DNA from: Candidatus Woesearchaeota archaeon
GTDB lineage: Archaea > Nanobdellota > Nanobdellia > Woesearchaeales > GW2011-AR4
Assembly (NCBI GenBank): GCA_016184145.1
Contig: JACPDF010000030.1
Coordinates: 76 to 64,075 of the forward strand
Direction: 5' to 3'
Length of the DNA: 64,000 bases
Shown here: piece by piece, positions 16,928 through 25,175 of the stretch
Layout: each line of letters starts with the position of its first letter
Position numbering within the stretch: position 1 is the stretch's first letter
Position numbers and translations under genes: made by a program
Notes under the pieces: generated by a model
The model's database searches: none
Told to the model about the DNA's origin: nothing
The model's input: only the letters and a program-made list of their open reading frames with translations

Positions 16928-17695
16928 ATGAGCAAGCTCATGAAGAAAGGATTCTGGGTTGTAGTCAAGGATATGATTAGGAATGCAGACGTTATTCTGG
17001 AAGTGCTAGATGCAAGAATGCCTGAGCTTACCAGAAACAAAAAACTGGAAAAGTATGCCTCAATTTTAGGAAAAAGGCTGATCCTAGTCATAAACAAAAT
17101 CGACATAGTATCTCCAAAAACAATTGAAAGCATAGAAAAAAGATACTCCGGCCAGGATTATGCCCTTGTATCTTCCACAGCAGGCAAAGGCATGGAGCAT
17201 TTTATCAGGTTAATAAGAGGCAAAACAAAAAAAGACGCTTTCAAAGTGACCGTTATTGGTTATCCCAATACCGGAAAGAGCTCGCTTATAAACAGATTAT
17301 CAAGGGGAGGAAAGGCAAAAACAAGCTTAGAATCAGGTTTTACTAAAGGAATGCAGCTGATTACTGGCAAAAGCGGCCTTATGCTCATAGACACTCCAGG
17401 TGTAGTGCCTTATGGGGCAAGGGAAGAGGCTATGCTCGGATTAACATCTGCTATCAGCCCAGATAAGTTAAGCGATCCAGAAGCTGTCGCTTACCATCTT
17501 CTCAAAATATTCAAGCAAAATAATCCGATTGTTCTTGAAAAAGAGTATGGTCTTAATGCTGATTTAAGCCCGGAAGAATTACTGCTGGAATTCGGAAAGA
17601 AGAGAAACATGCTTATCAAAAAAGGAATGGTTGATGAGAGAAGAGCTGCAATACAGCTTCTTACTGACTGGCATAAGGGCAAGATTAGGCTGTAA
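16928..17695 (+). CDS. circularly permuted GTPase (YlqF/RbgA-like ribosome-biogenesis GTPase)
   Basis: G4 (NKIDIV) precedes G1 (GYPNTGKSS) and G3 (DTPGV). Confidence 0.85.
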   Translation: MSKLMKKGFWVVVKDMIRNADVILEVLDARMPELTRNKKLEKYASILGKRLILVINKIDIVSPKTIESIEKRYSGQDYALVSSTAGKGMEHFIRLIRGKTKKDAFKVTVIGYPNTGKSSLINRLSRGGKAKTSLESGFTKGMQLITGKSGLMLIDTPGVVPYGAREEAMLGLTSAISPDKLSDPEAVAYHLLKIFKQNNPIVLEKEYGLNADLSPEELLLEFGKKRNMLIKKGMVDERRAAIQLLTDWHKGKIRL

Positions 17696-17716
17696 GCATT
17701 TGCATGAATATAAAAA

Positions 17717-17948
17717 CGCCGAGACTGGGACTTTCAAACAGCTGCCTAGTTGTTAAGTCAGGCAACAAGCGGCTCGTGCAAAAGCTCAAGCCAATTTGCA
17801 AATTGCTGTCTTTGAACCCAGATGCCCCTCGCCTGCGAGTGAGCTCCTTTTTTGCGAACTCGCTCACAATTCACGGGCCAGGCTTGCTTGCATAATTCCA
17901 GGCTTACACCCTAACGGTCTGTGCAATACCGGGTTATGCGATCTCGGC
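17717..17948 (-). tRNA. intron-rich tRNA-like locus; anticodon arm not resolvable by eye
   Basis: Acceptor GCCGAGA/TCTCGGC with G73. D arm GCAT-AACCCGGTA-TTGC. T arm CTGGG-TTCAAA..T-CCCAG with an 80-nt 59/60 intron (17731-17810, TTCA/TGAA BHB). About 78 further extra nt lie between the D and T arms, including the BHB element 17833-17868. TATA-like TTTAAAAAG at 17973-17981. Confidence 0.55.
17833..17868 (-). repeat. copy 2 of the BHB-bracketed hairpin element, inside the tRNA-like locus
   Basis: Minus-sense layout GTGA / ATT / GTGAGC..GCTCAC / TCGC / AGG. 17835-17874 is the reverse complement of 8104-8143 apart from a 4-nt patch. Confidence 0.7.
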
Positions 17949-18025
17949 ATGAAATAAAAGAGTTTGTTATTGTTTAAAAAGCTTTATTATTTGATGAGAA
18001 ATAAGAAAATAAAAAAGAAAAAAAT

Positions 18026-18238
18026 TTATTTTTTCTTGGCCATTCCACCTGTCCTTACTGCCTTGCAGTCCGGGCAACCAGCAGATGCCAAACTGCCAAC
18101 ACCGCCTGCTATGAATGCTGCTGTCCACCACTGGATATTCCAGAAGTCCCAGTAGCCCAGGTCAACAACCAGGAATACTATGCCCAACACCAAAAAAATG
18201 GCGCCGCATATCTTCATGCACTTATCACACATACACAT
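18026..18238 (-). CDS. hypothetical small Cys-rich membrane protein
   Basis: 70 aa. MCMCDKCMKICG.. at the N-terminus, two TM helices, and a C-terminal CPDC. Confidence 0.4.
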   Translation of the reverse strand: MCMCDKCMKICGAIFLVLGIVFLVVDLGYWDFWNIQWWTAAFIAGGVGSLASAGCPDCKAVRTGGMAKKK

Positions 18239-18406
18239 TAGGCATCACCCTTTTTAGTTTAATTCTATACCTCTAAGAAGCAGTGTTTAAATACCTTTTT
18301 ATATTTTTAGAAACAGAATCGCTCTAACATTTCAATTTCGATATTCAAACCCTCGGGCAGTGGAAAATTTCTTTGAAATTTTCTAGCTTTCGGGACTTTT
18401 AAAGAA

Positions 18407-18709
18407 CTATTCGAGCATTTCGATTTCGATATTGAGCCCCTCAGGAATAGGAACCCTCATGACCAGCCTTAAAGCCCTTTCATCAAGGCCAAGGTCAATA
18501 AGCCTTTTATGAACGCGCATCTCATATCTTTCCCATGTGGCAGTTCCTTCGCCATCCGGGCTTTTTCTTGTGGTAACTTTAAGCTTTTTGGTAGGCATAG
18601 GAATAGGACCGCGCATTTCTACTCCGGTCTTGTCTGCAATGTCCTTTATGTAGCTGCAGACTTCGTTTATCTTGTTTATGTCTATGCTTGCTAACTTTAT
18701 TCTTGCTTT
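18407..18709 (-). CDS. rps10: 30S ribosomal protein S10 (start codon unresolved)
   Basis: [42 protein letters not shown] is the S10 core. The same frame is open upstream and encodes ..[31 protein letters not shown], the S10 N-terminus. There is no ATG, GTG or TTG between the in-frame TAG (18719-18721) and Met 18616. Confidence 0.85.
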   Translation of the reverse strand, partial: KARIKLASIDINKINEVCSYIKDIADKTGVEMRGPIPMPTKKLKVTTRKSPDGEGTATWERYEMRVHKRLIDLGLDERALRLVMRVPIPEGLNIEIEMLE

Positions 18710-19994
18710 ATTTCTTGACTAGGTCAATGCACATTCCTGCTGCTACTGTCGTGCCAGAGTCCCTTATTGCGAACCTCGACATCTGCGGAATGTCTTTTTG
18801 CCTTTCTATAACCATCGGCTGTATAGGCTTTATCTTCACTATAGCAGCATCCCCGTTCTTGATGAAATCTGGATTCTCTTCTTTCACCTGCCCTGTTGCA
18901 GGATCAAGCTTCTTCTCTATCTTAATGACTTGGCATGCCACCTGCGCTGTGTGCACGTGGAATACGGGCGTGTAGCCTGCGCTTATGACAGTTGGGTGAT
19001 TCAATACAACAAGCTGTGCAGTAAACTCGGTTGCAACAGTTGGCGGATTGTCAACATGCCCAAGAACATCTCCTCTTGCAATATCTTTTTTGCCTAGGCC
19101 GCGAACGTTAAACCCTACATTATCTCCTGGCTCTGCCTGCTGCAGCTGCTCATGGTGCATCTCTATAGTCTTTACTTCTCCATGCACTCCTTTGCCTTCC
19201 CTTCCGGGCATTATTATAACCTTGTCATTGACTTTCATTATGCCTGTCTCTACTCTTCCAACTGGCACAACACCAATTCCAGTGATGTTGTAAACATCCT
19301 GTATAGGCAGCCTTAATGGAAGCTGAGTTGGCTTTTCAGGCTCTTTTAATGTGTCTAATGTTTCCAACAATGTCTTTCCAGTATACCATGGCATTTTATC
19401 TGATTTTTTAGCTACATTCTCCCCTAGCAATGATGCTCCTGCAACAAATGGAATTTCATCCGGCTTGTAGCCAACGCTCTTTAGCAAGTCAGAAACCTGC
19501 TTCTTTACATCATCAAACCTTTTCTGGTCGTACTTTGCCATGTCCATCTTGTTGACATAGACAATAAGCTGGTTAACTCCCAATGTCCTGGCTAAGAAAA
19601 CGTGCTCTTTTGTCTGCGCCTGCACACCATCTCCAGGGTTTCCTGAAACAACCAGGACGCCTGCATCAGCCTGTGATGCTCCTGTAATCATGTTCTTGAT
19701 GAAATCCTTGTGGCCCGGTGCATCAATTATTGTAAAATAATATTTTGGCGTTTCAAACTTCCTATGGGCAAGGTCAATTGTAACTCCTCTTTCCTGCTCT
19801 TCCTTTAAATTGTCCATTACGAAAGCGAACTCAAAGCCTCCTTTTCCCAAGCTTTCAGCTTTTTCCTTGAGTTTCCTCATGGCCTGTTCGTCTATATTCT
19901 TTGTGTCATACAGCATTCTGCCTACTGTAGTGCTTTTTCCATGATCAACATGACCAATGAATACAAGGTTAATATGCACTTTTCCTTTAGCCAT
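18708..19994 (-). CDS. tuf: translation elongation factor EF-1 alpha
   Basis: [17 protein letters not shown] and NKMD motifs; full-length 428 aa. Confidence 0.97.
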   Translation of the reverse strand: MAKGKVHINLVFIGHVDHGKSTTVGRMLYDTKNIDEQAMRKLKEKAESLGKGGFEFAFVMDNLKEEQERGVTIDLAHRKFETPKYYFTIIDAPGHKDFIKNMITGASQADAGVLVVSGNPGDGVQAQTKEHVFLARTLGVNQLIVYVNKMDMAKYDQKRFDDVKKQVSDLLKSVGYKPDEIPFVAGASLLGENVAKKSDKMPWYTGKTLLETLDTLKEPEKPTQLPLRLPIQDVYNITGIGVVPVGRVETGIMKVNDKVIIMPGREGKGVHGEVKTIEMHHEQLQQAEPGDNVGFNVRGLGKKDIARGDVLGHVDNPPTVATEFTAQLVVLNHPTVISAGYTPVFHVHTAQVACQVIKIEKKLDPATGQVKEENPDFIKNGDAAIVKIKPIQPMVIERQKDIPQMSRFAIRDSGTTVAAGMCIDLVKK

Positions 19995-20109
19995 TTTCTA
20001 CCTCCAAATTGTAATTTTTGACTGTAATTTGCTATTAGTGGGAAAGATGAGTTATTTATAAAGCTTATGGTTTTTATTTTTTGGCTTCTAAGGCAGTTTC
20101 CGAGAAAAA

Positions 20110-20634
20110 CTACTTGTTTTCTGTAGTCTGTATGGTGCATGAGCCAGGAAGCTTTTTAGAGGCCCTGGTTAGGGCTGTTTTTGCAAGCCCTAAATTAGCT
20201 TTGTCCACAGAAATCTGGAATATTGTGTCTCCCCTCCTTATCTGGGCTGCTACGCCAATAGGCTTTCCAAAAGACTTCTGCATTCCCGTGCTAAAACGGT
20301 CAGCGCCGGCTCCTGCAGCTATGGGGTTTTCCCTTAAAACATGATGAGGATACGGCTTTATCTTCAAATGATAGGCTCCCAGGCCAATGCCCTTTTCAAG
20401 GACCCTGTTGGATGTTTGCTTTGCGCTTTCCAATGCATTATCCCTTATCTGCAGGTCAACTTTTGATATAAGATTTAATGTATACTGGAACTTTTTTTTA
20501 GGTGTTCCTGTCTCAAATGCAATTACCTTTAAATTTGGATTCATCCTGATGAATGATTTTTCCTTATACTTAGAAACTCTAGTGTAAGGCCTTTCAATTC
20601 TCCTGTAGCTTACAAATTTTCTTATCCTTGCCAT
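20110..20634 (-). CDS. rpl10e: 50S ribosomal protein L10e (uL16)
   Basis: MARIRKFVSYRRIERPYTRVSKYKEKSFIR... is the typical L10e N-terminus. Confidence 0.93.
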   Translation of the reverse strand: MARIRKFVSYRRIERPYTRVSKYKEKSFIRMNPNLKVIAFETGTPKKKFQYTLNLISKVDLQIRDNALESAKQTSNRVLEKGIGLGAYHLKIKPYPHHVLRENPIAAGAGADRFSTGMQKSFGKPIGVAAQIRRGDTIFQISVDKANLGLAKTALTRASKKLPGSCTIQTTENK

Positions 20635-20672
20635 TTTCTATAGTTTAGTTTAAGGCAAAGGCTCGAAACACG

Positions 20673-20719
20673 CGAAAATCTTTGATTTTCGGTGTGCAGA
20701 AAATCTTTTTGGATTTTCT
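20673..20719. repeat. double-hairpin repeat, copy A (intergenic)
   Basis: CGAAAATC-TTT-GATTTTCG (20673-20691), 6-nt spacer, AGAAAATC-TTTTTG-GATTTTCT (20698-20719). Embedded in a longer imperfect palindrome GGCAAAGGC...TGCCTTGCC (about 20654-20746). Confidence 0.75.
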
Positions 20720-20919
20720 CGCACTTCAGTTTCCGCTGCCTTGCCATAAGATTTTGAAAATAGCGGCGGTTTTTAAATGTTTCTGATAAAAATTCCAGAA
20801 TAAAATAATTACCGAAATCAGATTGAAAAATTATAACATATCCGATTTGAAATCACCGATAAATAGAAAATTTTATAAAGAAGCTAGAATATGGTAATAA
20901 TATTAAAAGAGGTGCCAGA

Positions 20920-21474
20920 TTGATGCTTAAAAATAAGAGAGCTTCTTTAGAAATTTCAATACAGGCCATAGTCATTGTAATCCTTGCCATGACTCTTCTT
21001 GGGTTGGGCTTGGGATTCATAAGGGGTATGTTCAAGGACATAGGCGGAGTTACCACAGACGTTACAGAGCAGATAAGGCAGCAGATTCTTGATGATTTGA
21101 TAACCAACGACAAAAAAGTGTCGTTTCCAAAAACAGAGATAACAATTGATAAAGGGGGCTCTGAAGTCTTGACAGTGGGAATAAGGAATAAGAAAGATCA
21201 GCCATTGAACTACAGGATGCAGTTTTCTGCTATCTCCGGTCCTGATGGCGACATTGTCCCTGACGCATTAGATGAATGGTTTCAGTTTTCCACAGAGGAC
21301 GACACACTGCCTCCTGCGGATGCAACTGTCAGGAACGTCAGGCTAAGCATACCTTCTGGATGGAGATCAGGTTCATACTTCCTTACATTTGATGTGATAA
21401 ATGTAGACTCTCAAATAGGGGAAGACGATTATACATATGCATCAAAAGACTTTTTCATTGTTGTGAGGGGCTAA
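20920..21474 (+). CDS. archaeal type IV pilin-like protein (class III signal peptide)
   Basis: N-terminus MMLKNKRA|SLEISIQAIVIVILAMTLLGLG has basic residues, a small residue, then xLExS and a hydrophobic helix. The remainder looks like a beta-rich secreted domain. Confidence 0.6.
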   Translation: MMLKNKRASLEISIQAIVIVILAMTLLGLGLGFIRGMFKDIGGVTTDVTEQIRQQILDDLITNDKKVSFPKTEITIDKGGSEVLTVGIRNKKDQPLNYRMQFSAISGPDGDIVPDALDEWFQFSTEDDTLPPADATVRNVRLSIPSGWRSGSYFLTFDVINVDSQIGEDDYTYASKDFFIVVRG

Positions 21475-21479
21475 AACCA

Positions 21480-21524
21480 TGAAAATCAAAGATTTTCAGG
21501 TGCCAAAAATACGGAGGATTTTTG
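21480..21524. repeat. double-hairpin repeat, copy B (intergenic)
   Basis: TGAAAATC-AAA-GATTTTCA (21480-21498), 5-nt spacer, CAAAAAT-ACGGAGG-ATTTTTG (21504-21524). Confidence 0.7.
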
Positions 21525-21749
21525 AGCATGGCTAAGATGAAAAGAAGGCTTTCGGAGCAGCAGGAATTTGAAATCATGAAGCTTGTTCTGGACAAGTTCT
21601 TATGGCTCGGATTCATTATTATGGGCTTTGGATTATACCAGATGTTTGCAACAGGGATTCCTGTTGGCCTCATGTGGATGGTTGTCGGCGCAGTAGTGCT
21701 GATATTGTTCATGATTCTGGTAGTAAAACAATACGAGATGGTAAGATAG
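21522..21749 (+). CDS. hypothetical small membrane protein
   Basis: 75 aa with two predicted TM helices. The first ATG is at 21528. Confidence 0.45.
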   Translation: MSMAKMKRRLSEQQEFEIMKLVLDKFLWLGFIIMGFGLYQMFATGIPVGLMWMVVGAVVLILFMILVVKQYEMVR

Positions 21750-21811
21750 TTTGTTCTTATAGCAACTTTTTTATATATGTTATCCAATAATTTTTCTGGA
21801 TTAACTGAAAA

Positions 21812-22624
21812 ATGAGGCATTTCAAAATAAAATACAGGTTTTTGCTTTTTGTTGTAGCTTCTTTTTTGCTGCTTATTCTTGCAAATGGCTGCGGAAAGCC
21901 TGCCGAGTGCAAGGTTGATGCTGATTGCGGAAAGAGGACATGCTCTAGTGCTTCGTGCGCAGACAATGAATGCACATACAATACAGTGCAAAACTGCTGC
22001 GGCAACAAAATCAAGGATTCCATAGAGGATGGAAAGTTGGGGAACAGCTGCACATGCCCACAAGATTATGGCACATGCGCAGGCAAGGCCGAAATACAGG
22101 CAGGAGGCAGGACTTACGATGCCCAATACGTGCAATATTTCTGCGAAAATGCCGAGTGTGTTTTAGGGGTTCCTCCAGAGGATATAAGGCCTGTAACGCT
22201 GCTGGACGAGAAGGATTTTGGCTTGTTCACATTGGAAACTACAGTAACTTATAATGAGCCTTTTGATGCCGCAAAAGACACTTTCGCTTTCAGGATATCA
22301 TTGAAAGACTATAAGGAAGGAATAGTTCTTCCTGTAAACCTCAACAAGCTGCTCCTCAAAAACGGGGAAATACTTTTTGGAGAGAAAGAGGTTAAGCTCG
22401 CTTTGGGAAAAATAGGCGATACCGTTACTGTAAACGTGCCTTTGGATTATCGCTTGGAACAGGTCGAGGAAGCAGGAGGCCTTACCTACCAGATGAATTA
22501 TGAATATACTCAAAAAGTCAAGGACGAAAGGCTGCAAGATGGCTCTTACTCCTATAAAGATGAGCTGGTGAGGGATGACTACCAAAAGAGATTTACCACA
22601 AAAATAACTTTTGTAAATCCGTAA
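21812..22624 (+). CDS. Cys-rich putative lipoprotein
   Basis: Signal peptide ending LILANGC (lipobox), followed by a Cys-rich module (CKVDADCGKRTCSSASCADNECTYNTVQNCCG). Confidence 0.6.
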   Translation: MRHFKIKYRFLLFVVASFLLLILANGCGKPAECKVDADCGKRTCSSASCADNECTYNTVQNCCGNKIKDSIEDGKLGNSCTCPQDYGTCAGKAEIQAGGRTYDAQYVQYFCENAECVLGVPPEDIRPVTLLDEKDFGLFTLETTVTYNEPFDAAKDTFAFRISLKDYKEGIVLPVNLNKLLLKNGEILFGEKEVKLALGKIGDTVTVNVPLDYRLEQVEEAGGLTYQMNYEYTQKVKDERLQDGSYSYKDELVRDDYQKRFTTKITFVNP

Positions 22625-22629
22625 GCAAA

Positions 22630-23163
22630 ATGAAAAAAGGGATTGAGCTTTCATTAAATTTTCTTGTTACCATAATAATTGCATTTACAATTTTCATGCT
22701 TGGGGTAAGGTTCATTTATACTCTTGCCAGCGAGGCAACAGAGCTTGAAAGCATGACAACTGATGAGTTGGATACTCAGATAGGCCAGCTGCTTTGCGAC
22801 AGCACAGACAGGGTATGCATTGGCATAGACAAGGAAACCATCCAGAAAGGGAAATTTGATGTTTTCGGAATCAAGGTAATAAACATAAATCCAGGAAGCA
22901 ATTTTGAGATGCAGATAACGCCTACAGGACATATAAAAAACAATGGCCCTATTATTCCGGTTGAACAAGGCAAGCTTAAGCTAAAATACAGGCAGGCTTT
23001 TTTTATTAACAGGAATGAGGAAGAATCTCTCGGAGTTGGTGTGGAAGTCTCCAAGGATGCAGAGTCAGGCACTTACATCCTTGATGTCGAAGTAAAGCAG
23101 ATTATAGATGAGGGGGCAGTGCCTTATGGTGGGCTGCACAAGCTTTATGTTGATGTGCCCTAG
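22630..23163 (+). CDS. archaeal type IV pilin-like protein (class III signal peptide)
   Basis: N-terminus MKKG|IELSLNFLVTIIIAFTIFMLG has the same xLExS pattern as 20920-21474. Confidence 0.6.
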   Translation: MKKGIELSLNFLVTIIIAFTIFMLGVRFIYTLASEATELESMTTDELDTQIGQLLCDSTDRVCIGIDKETIQKGKFDVFGIKVININPGSNFEMQITPTGHIKNNGPIIPVEQGKLKLKYRQAFFINRNEEESLGVGVEVSKDAESGTYILDVEVKQIIDEGAVPYGGLHKLYVDVP

Positions 23164-23963
23164 GTGTTGCATATTTCCGCAAAGCTTTTTGGGTCTAGAG
23201 AAGCTCCTCCAACCAAGGCGCCATCGATATTTTTCATAGCCAGTAATTCTTTGGCATTTTTTTCATTAACACTTCCACCATAAATAATTCTTATATTTTC
23301 AGAAATATCCACATTGTATAATTTTTTTAATAATCCCCTTATAAACAGATGCACTTCCTCTGCCTGCTCTGGGGTAGCATTTTTTCCTGTTCCGATTGCC
23401 CAGACAGGCTCATATGCAATTACAATGTTCTTTATTTCCTCATTATTTATGCTTCTTAAGCAATTTTCCAATTGAAATTTTATCACTGCTTTTGTTTCGT
23501 TGCTTTCTCTTTGCTCCAAAGTCTCCCCAATGCACAAAATGGCTTTTAATTTATTTTTTAGTGCCGCCTTTATTTTCTTGTTTATTATCCCGTCTGTTTC
23601 ATCAAAATAAGCCCTTCTTTCGGAATGGCCAAGAATCACATATTCACAGCCCGCATCCCTCAACATCGGCGCGGATATTTCGCCAGTAAAGGCGCCTTTT
23701 TCCTCAAAGTGCATGTTTTGCGCCCCCAATTTTATTTTTGTGCCTTTTATTGATTTTTTCACTTCATTCAATGAAGCAAACGGAGGGCAGATCACTATCT
23801 CATTTTTTGAACTCACTGGAAAATCCTTGGGATTTTCTGTGTCCCGAAAATCTTTGATTTTCGTGGATTTTATTGAATTTTTAAAATTATCAATGAAAGA
23901 AACCGATTCTGGAATGCTCTTGTTCATCTTCCAGTTTGCTGCAATAAGCTTTTTTCTCGGCAT
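23160..23963 (-). CDS. tpiA: triosephosphate isomerase, bacterial-type, with a 17-aa in-frame repeat insertion
   Basis: AANWKMN, ..GHSERR.. and ..AYEPVWAIGTG.. motifs. 267 aa. The extra segment TKIKDFRDTENPKDFPV is encoded by hairpin repeat 23818-23863. Confidence 0.9.
   Translation of the reverse strand: MPRKKLIAANWKMNKSIPESVSFIDNFKNSIKSTKIKDFRDTENPKDFPVSSKNEIVICPPFASLNEVKKSIKGTKIKLGAQNMHFEEKGAFTGEISAPMLRDAGCEYVILGHSERRAYFDETDGIINKKIKAALKNKLKAILCIGETLEQRESNETKAVIKFQLENCLRSINNEEIKNIVIAYEPVWAIGTGKNATPEQAEEVHLFIRGLLKKLYNVDISENIRIIYGGSVNEKNAKELLAMKNIDGALVGGASLDPKSFAEICNT
23818..23863. repeat. double-hairpin repeat, copy C (inside tpiA, in frame)
   Basis: GGAAAATCC-TTG-GGATTTTC(T) (23818-23838), spacer GTGTCC, then CGAAAATC-TTT-GATTTTCG (23845-23863). 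Same two modules as copy A, in the opposite order. Confidence 0.75.
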
Positions 23964-24125
23964 TTATTCCCTTCCCCTTTTAAAATAATTCCTAAGCTTT
24001 TTAATAAAACCCTCTCCTTTTGGCCTGTTCTTGTAGCTTTCCCTGTCTTCCATATCCTGCTCGCAGAAATAGCAATATCTCTCGTCTTCAACCAGTTTCT
24101 TGCCGCAGTAAGGACAGTTTGGCAT
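23964..24125 (-). CDS. small zinc-ribbon protein (53 aa), below the ORF-track cutoff
   Basis: MPNCPYCGKKLVEDERYCYFCEQD... has CxxC...CxxC. Its stop abuts the tpiA start codon. Confidence 0.5.
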   Translation of the reverse strand: MPNCPYCGKKLVEDERYCYFCEQDMEDRESYKNRPKGEGFIKKLRNYFKRGRE

Positions 24126-24176
24126 TTTTACAATGTATTTTGATTATTATTAATAAATTTAATTGTTTCTGCAAGA

Positions 24177-24590
24177 TCATCTGACCAGCAGCTTACTGAC
24201 AAGAGCCCTCAAGGCTTTTATCCTTAAAATCATTTCTTTCGCTTCCTGCTCAGAAACTTCCTTGCCATAATAATTTACGCTATTCCTTGCCTTTCTTATC
24301 TCATCAAATTCCTCTGCCTGATGGCTTTCACTTAGGACTTCTCTCAGAAATGCAGTATAGCACTCATGATTGTAGACTTTAAACCCGTTTTTAAGCGCCA
24401 AAGCCTCCAAAAGCTCCCTAAGCGAGTCATAGGCGAGGGACAGCTTTGAGGCTGCGGTAATATTATCCATGCTAAGCTTGCTTTCAGACTCCATTTTGTT
24501 TTTGCTGGACTTTACAAGAGAATTTATCATGTCCTCATCAGGCTTTGCTTCCTTGGCAATTCTTTTATTGCAGCACTCTTCCCAGTCCAT
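24177..24590 (-). CDS. HEPN domain protein (toxin partner of an MNT nucleotidyltransferase)
   Basis: ..EFDEIRKARNSVNYYG.. (R-N-x-x-x-Y HEPN motif). Lies 1 nt downstream of the NTase gene. Confidence 0.75.
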   Translation of the reverse strand: MDWEECCNKRIAKEAKPDEDMINSLVKSSKNKMESESKLSMDNITAASKLSLAYDSLRELLEALALKNGFKVYNHECYTAFLREVLSESHQAEEFDEIRKARNSVNYYGKEVSEQEAKEMILRIKALRALVSKLLVR

Positions 24591-24591
24591 G

Positions 24592-25101
24592 CTAGGTTCT
24601 CAGCCTCCCGCTTAAAACATAGCCGTTGGCTATATTGCTTGCCAATTCCCTGCTCTTGGCTTTTGCCAATCCCTCAAACCAGTAAATCTGTATTTTTCTC
24701 TTCAGCTTATTTTCAAAACTTTTAATGTCGAGCTTTCTTTCGCTTGCGAAGATCGCCAAATCAATATCAGAATCATTTTTTGCCTCCGCCTTGGAAAGCG
24801 AGCCAAAAAGCACTATTGCGGGGCTCATTAAATGCTCCTCAATATAGGCTGTCAATTCTTTTAATTTTTGGCGCCAATAGATTCTCGACAAGTCTATGAA
24901 AACTTTGCTGTCCTTGTTTGCATAGAACAGGAGGTTATTCCTATACGCGGTTTTGAGCAGCAATCCTTCTTTCACATAGTAATTCAGCATTTTGGATGAG
25001 GTTGGGGGTGTTATATGGGTCAATTTCGCATACTCCCTCACATTGATTCTTCTGTAGCAATCCTCAAAAAACGGGCTTAAATCATTAATTATTTTTAACA
25101 T
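24592..25101 (-). CDS. minimal nucleotidyltransferase (MNT) with N-terminal wHTH
   Basis: LFGSLSKAEAKNDSDIDLAIF matches GS-x(9-10)-DxD. Confidence 0.8.
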   Translation of the reverse strand: MLKIINDLSPFFEDCYRRINVREYAKLTHITPPTSSKMLNYYVKEGLLLKTAYRNNLLFYANKDSKVFIDLSRIYWRQKLKELTAYIEEHLMSPAIVLFGSLSKAEAKNDSDIDLAIFASERKLDIKSFENKLKRKIQIYWFEGLAKAKSRELASNIANGYVLSGRLRT

Positions 25102-25175
25102 ATGTTAATTAAAATTAACAGATGTTTAAATACTTTTTGGTTTTACTCGAGTTTCCCAGACTTCCTACAAGAATT

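Noticed and set aside
18698-18721. TAG read-through or recoding (TTG ACC TAG TCA...) as the way to start S10.
   Set aside because: TAG is used as an ordinary stop by well-supported genes in this window (the metalloprotease at 2107-2109 and srp54 at 6710-6712). A recoded TAG is therefore unlikely.
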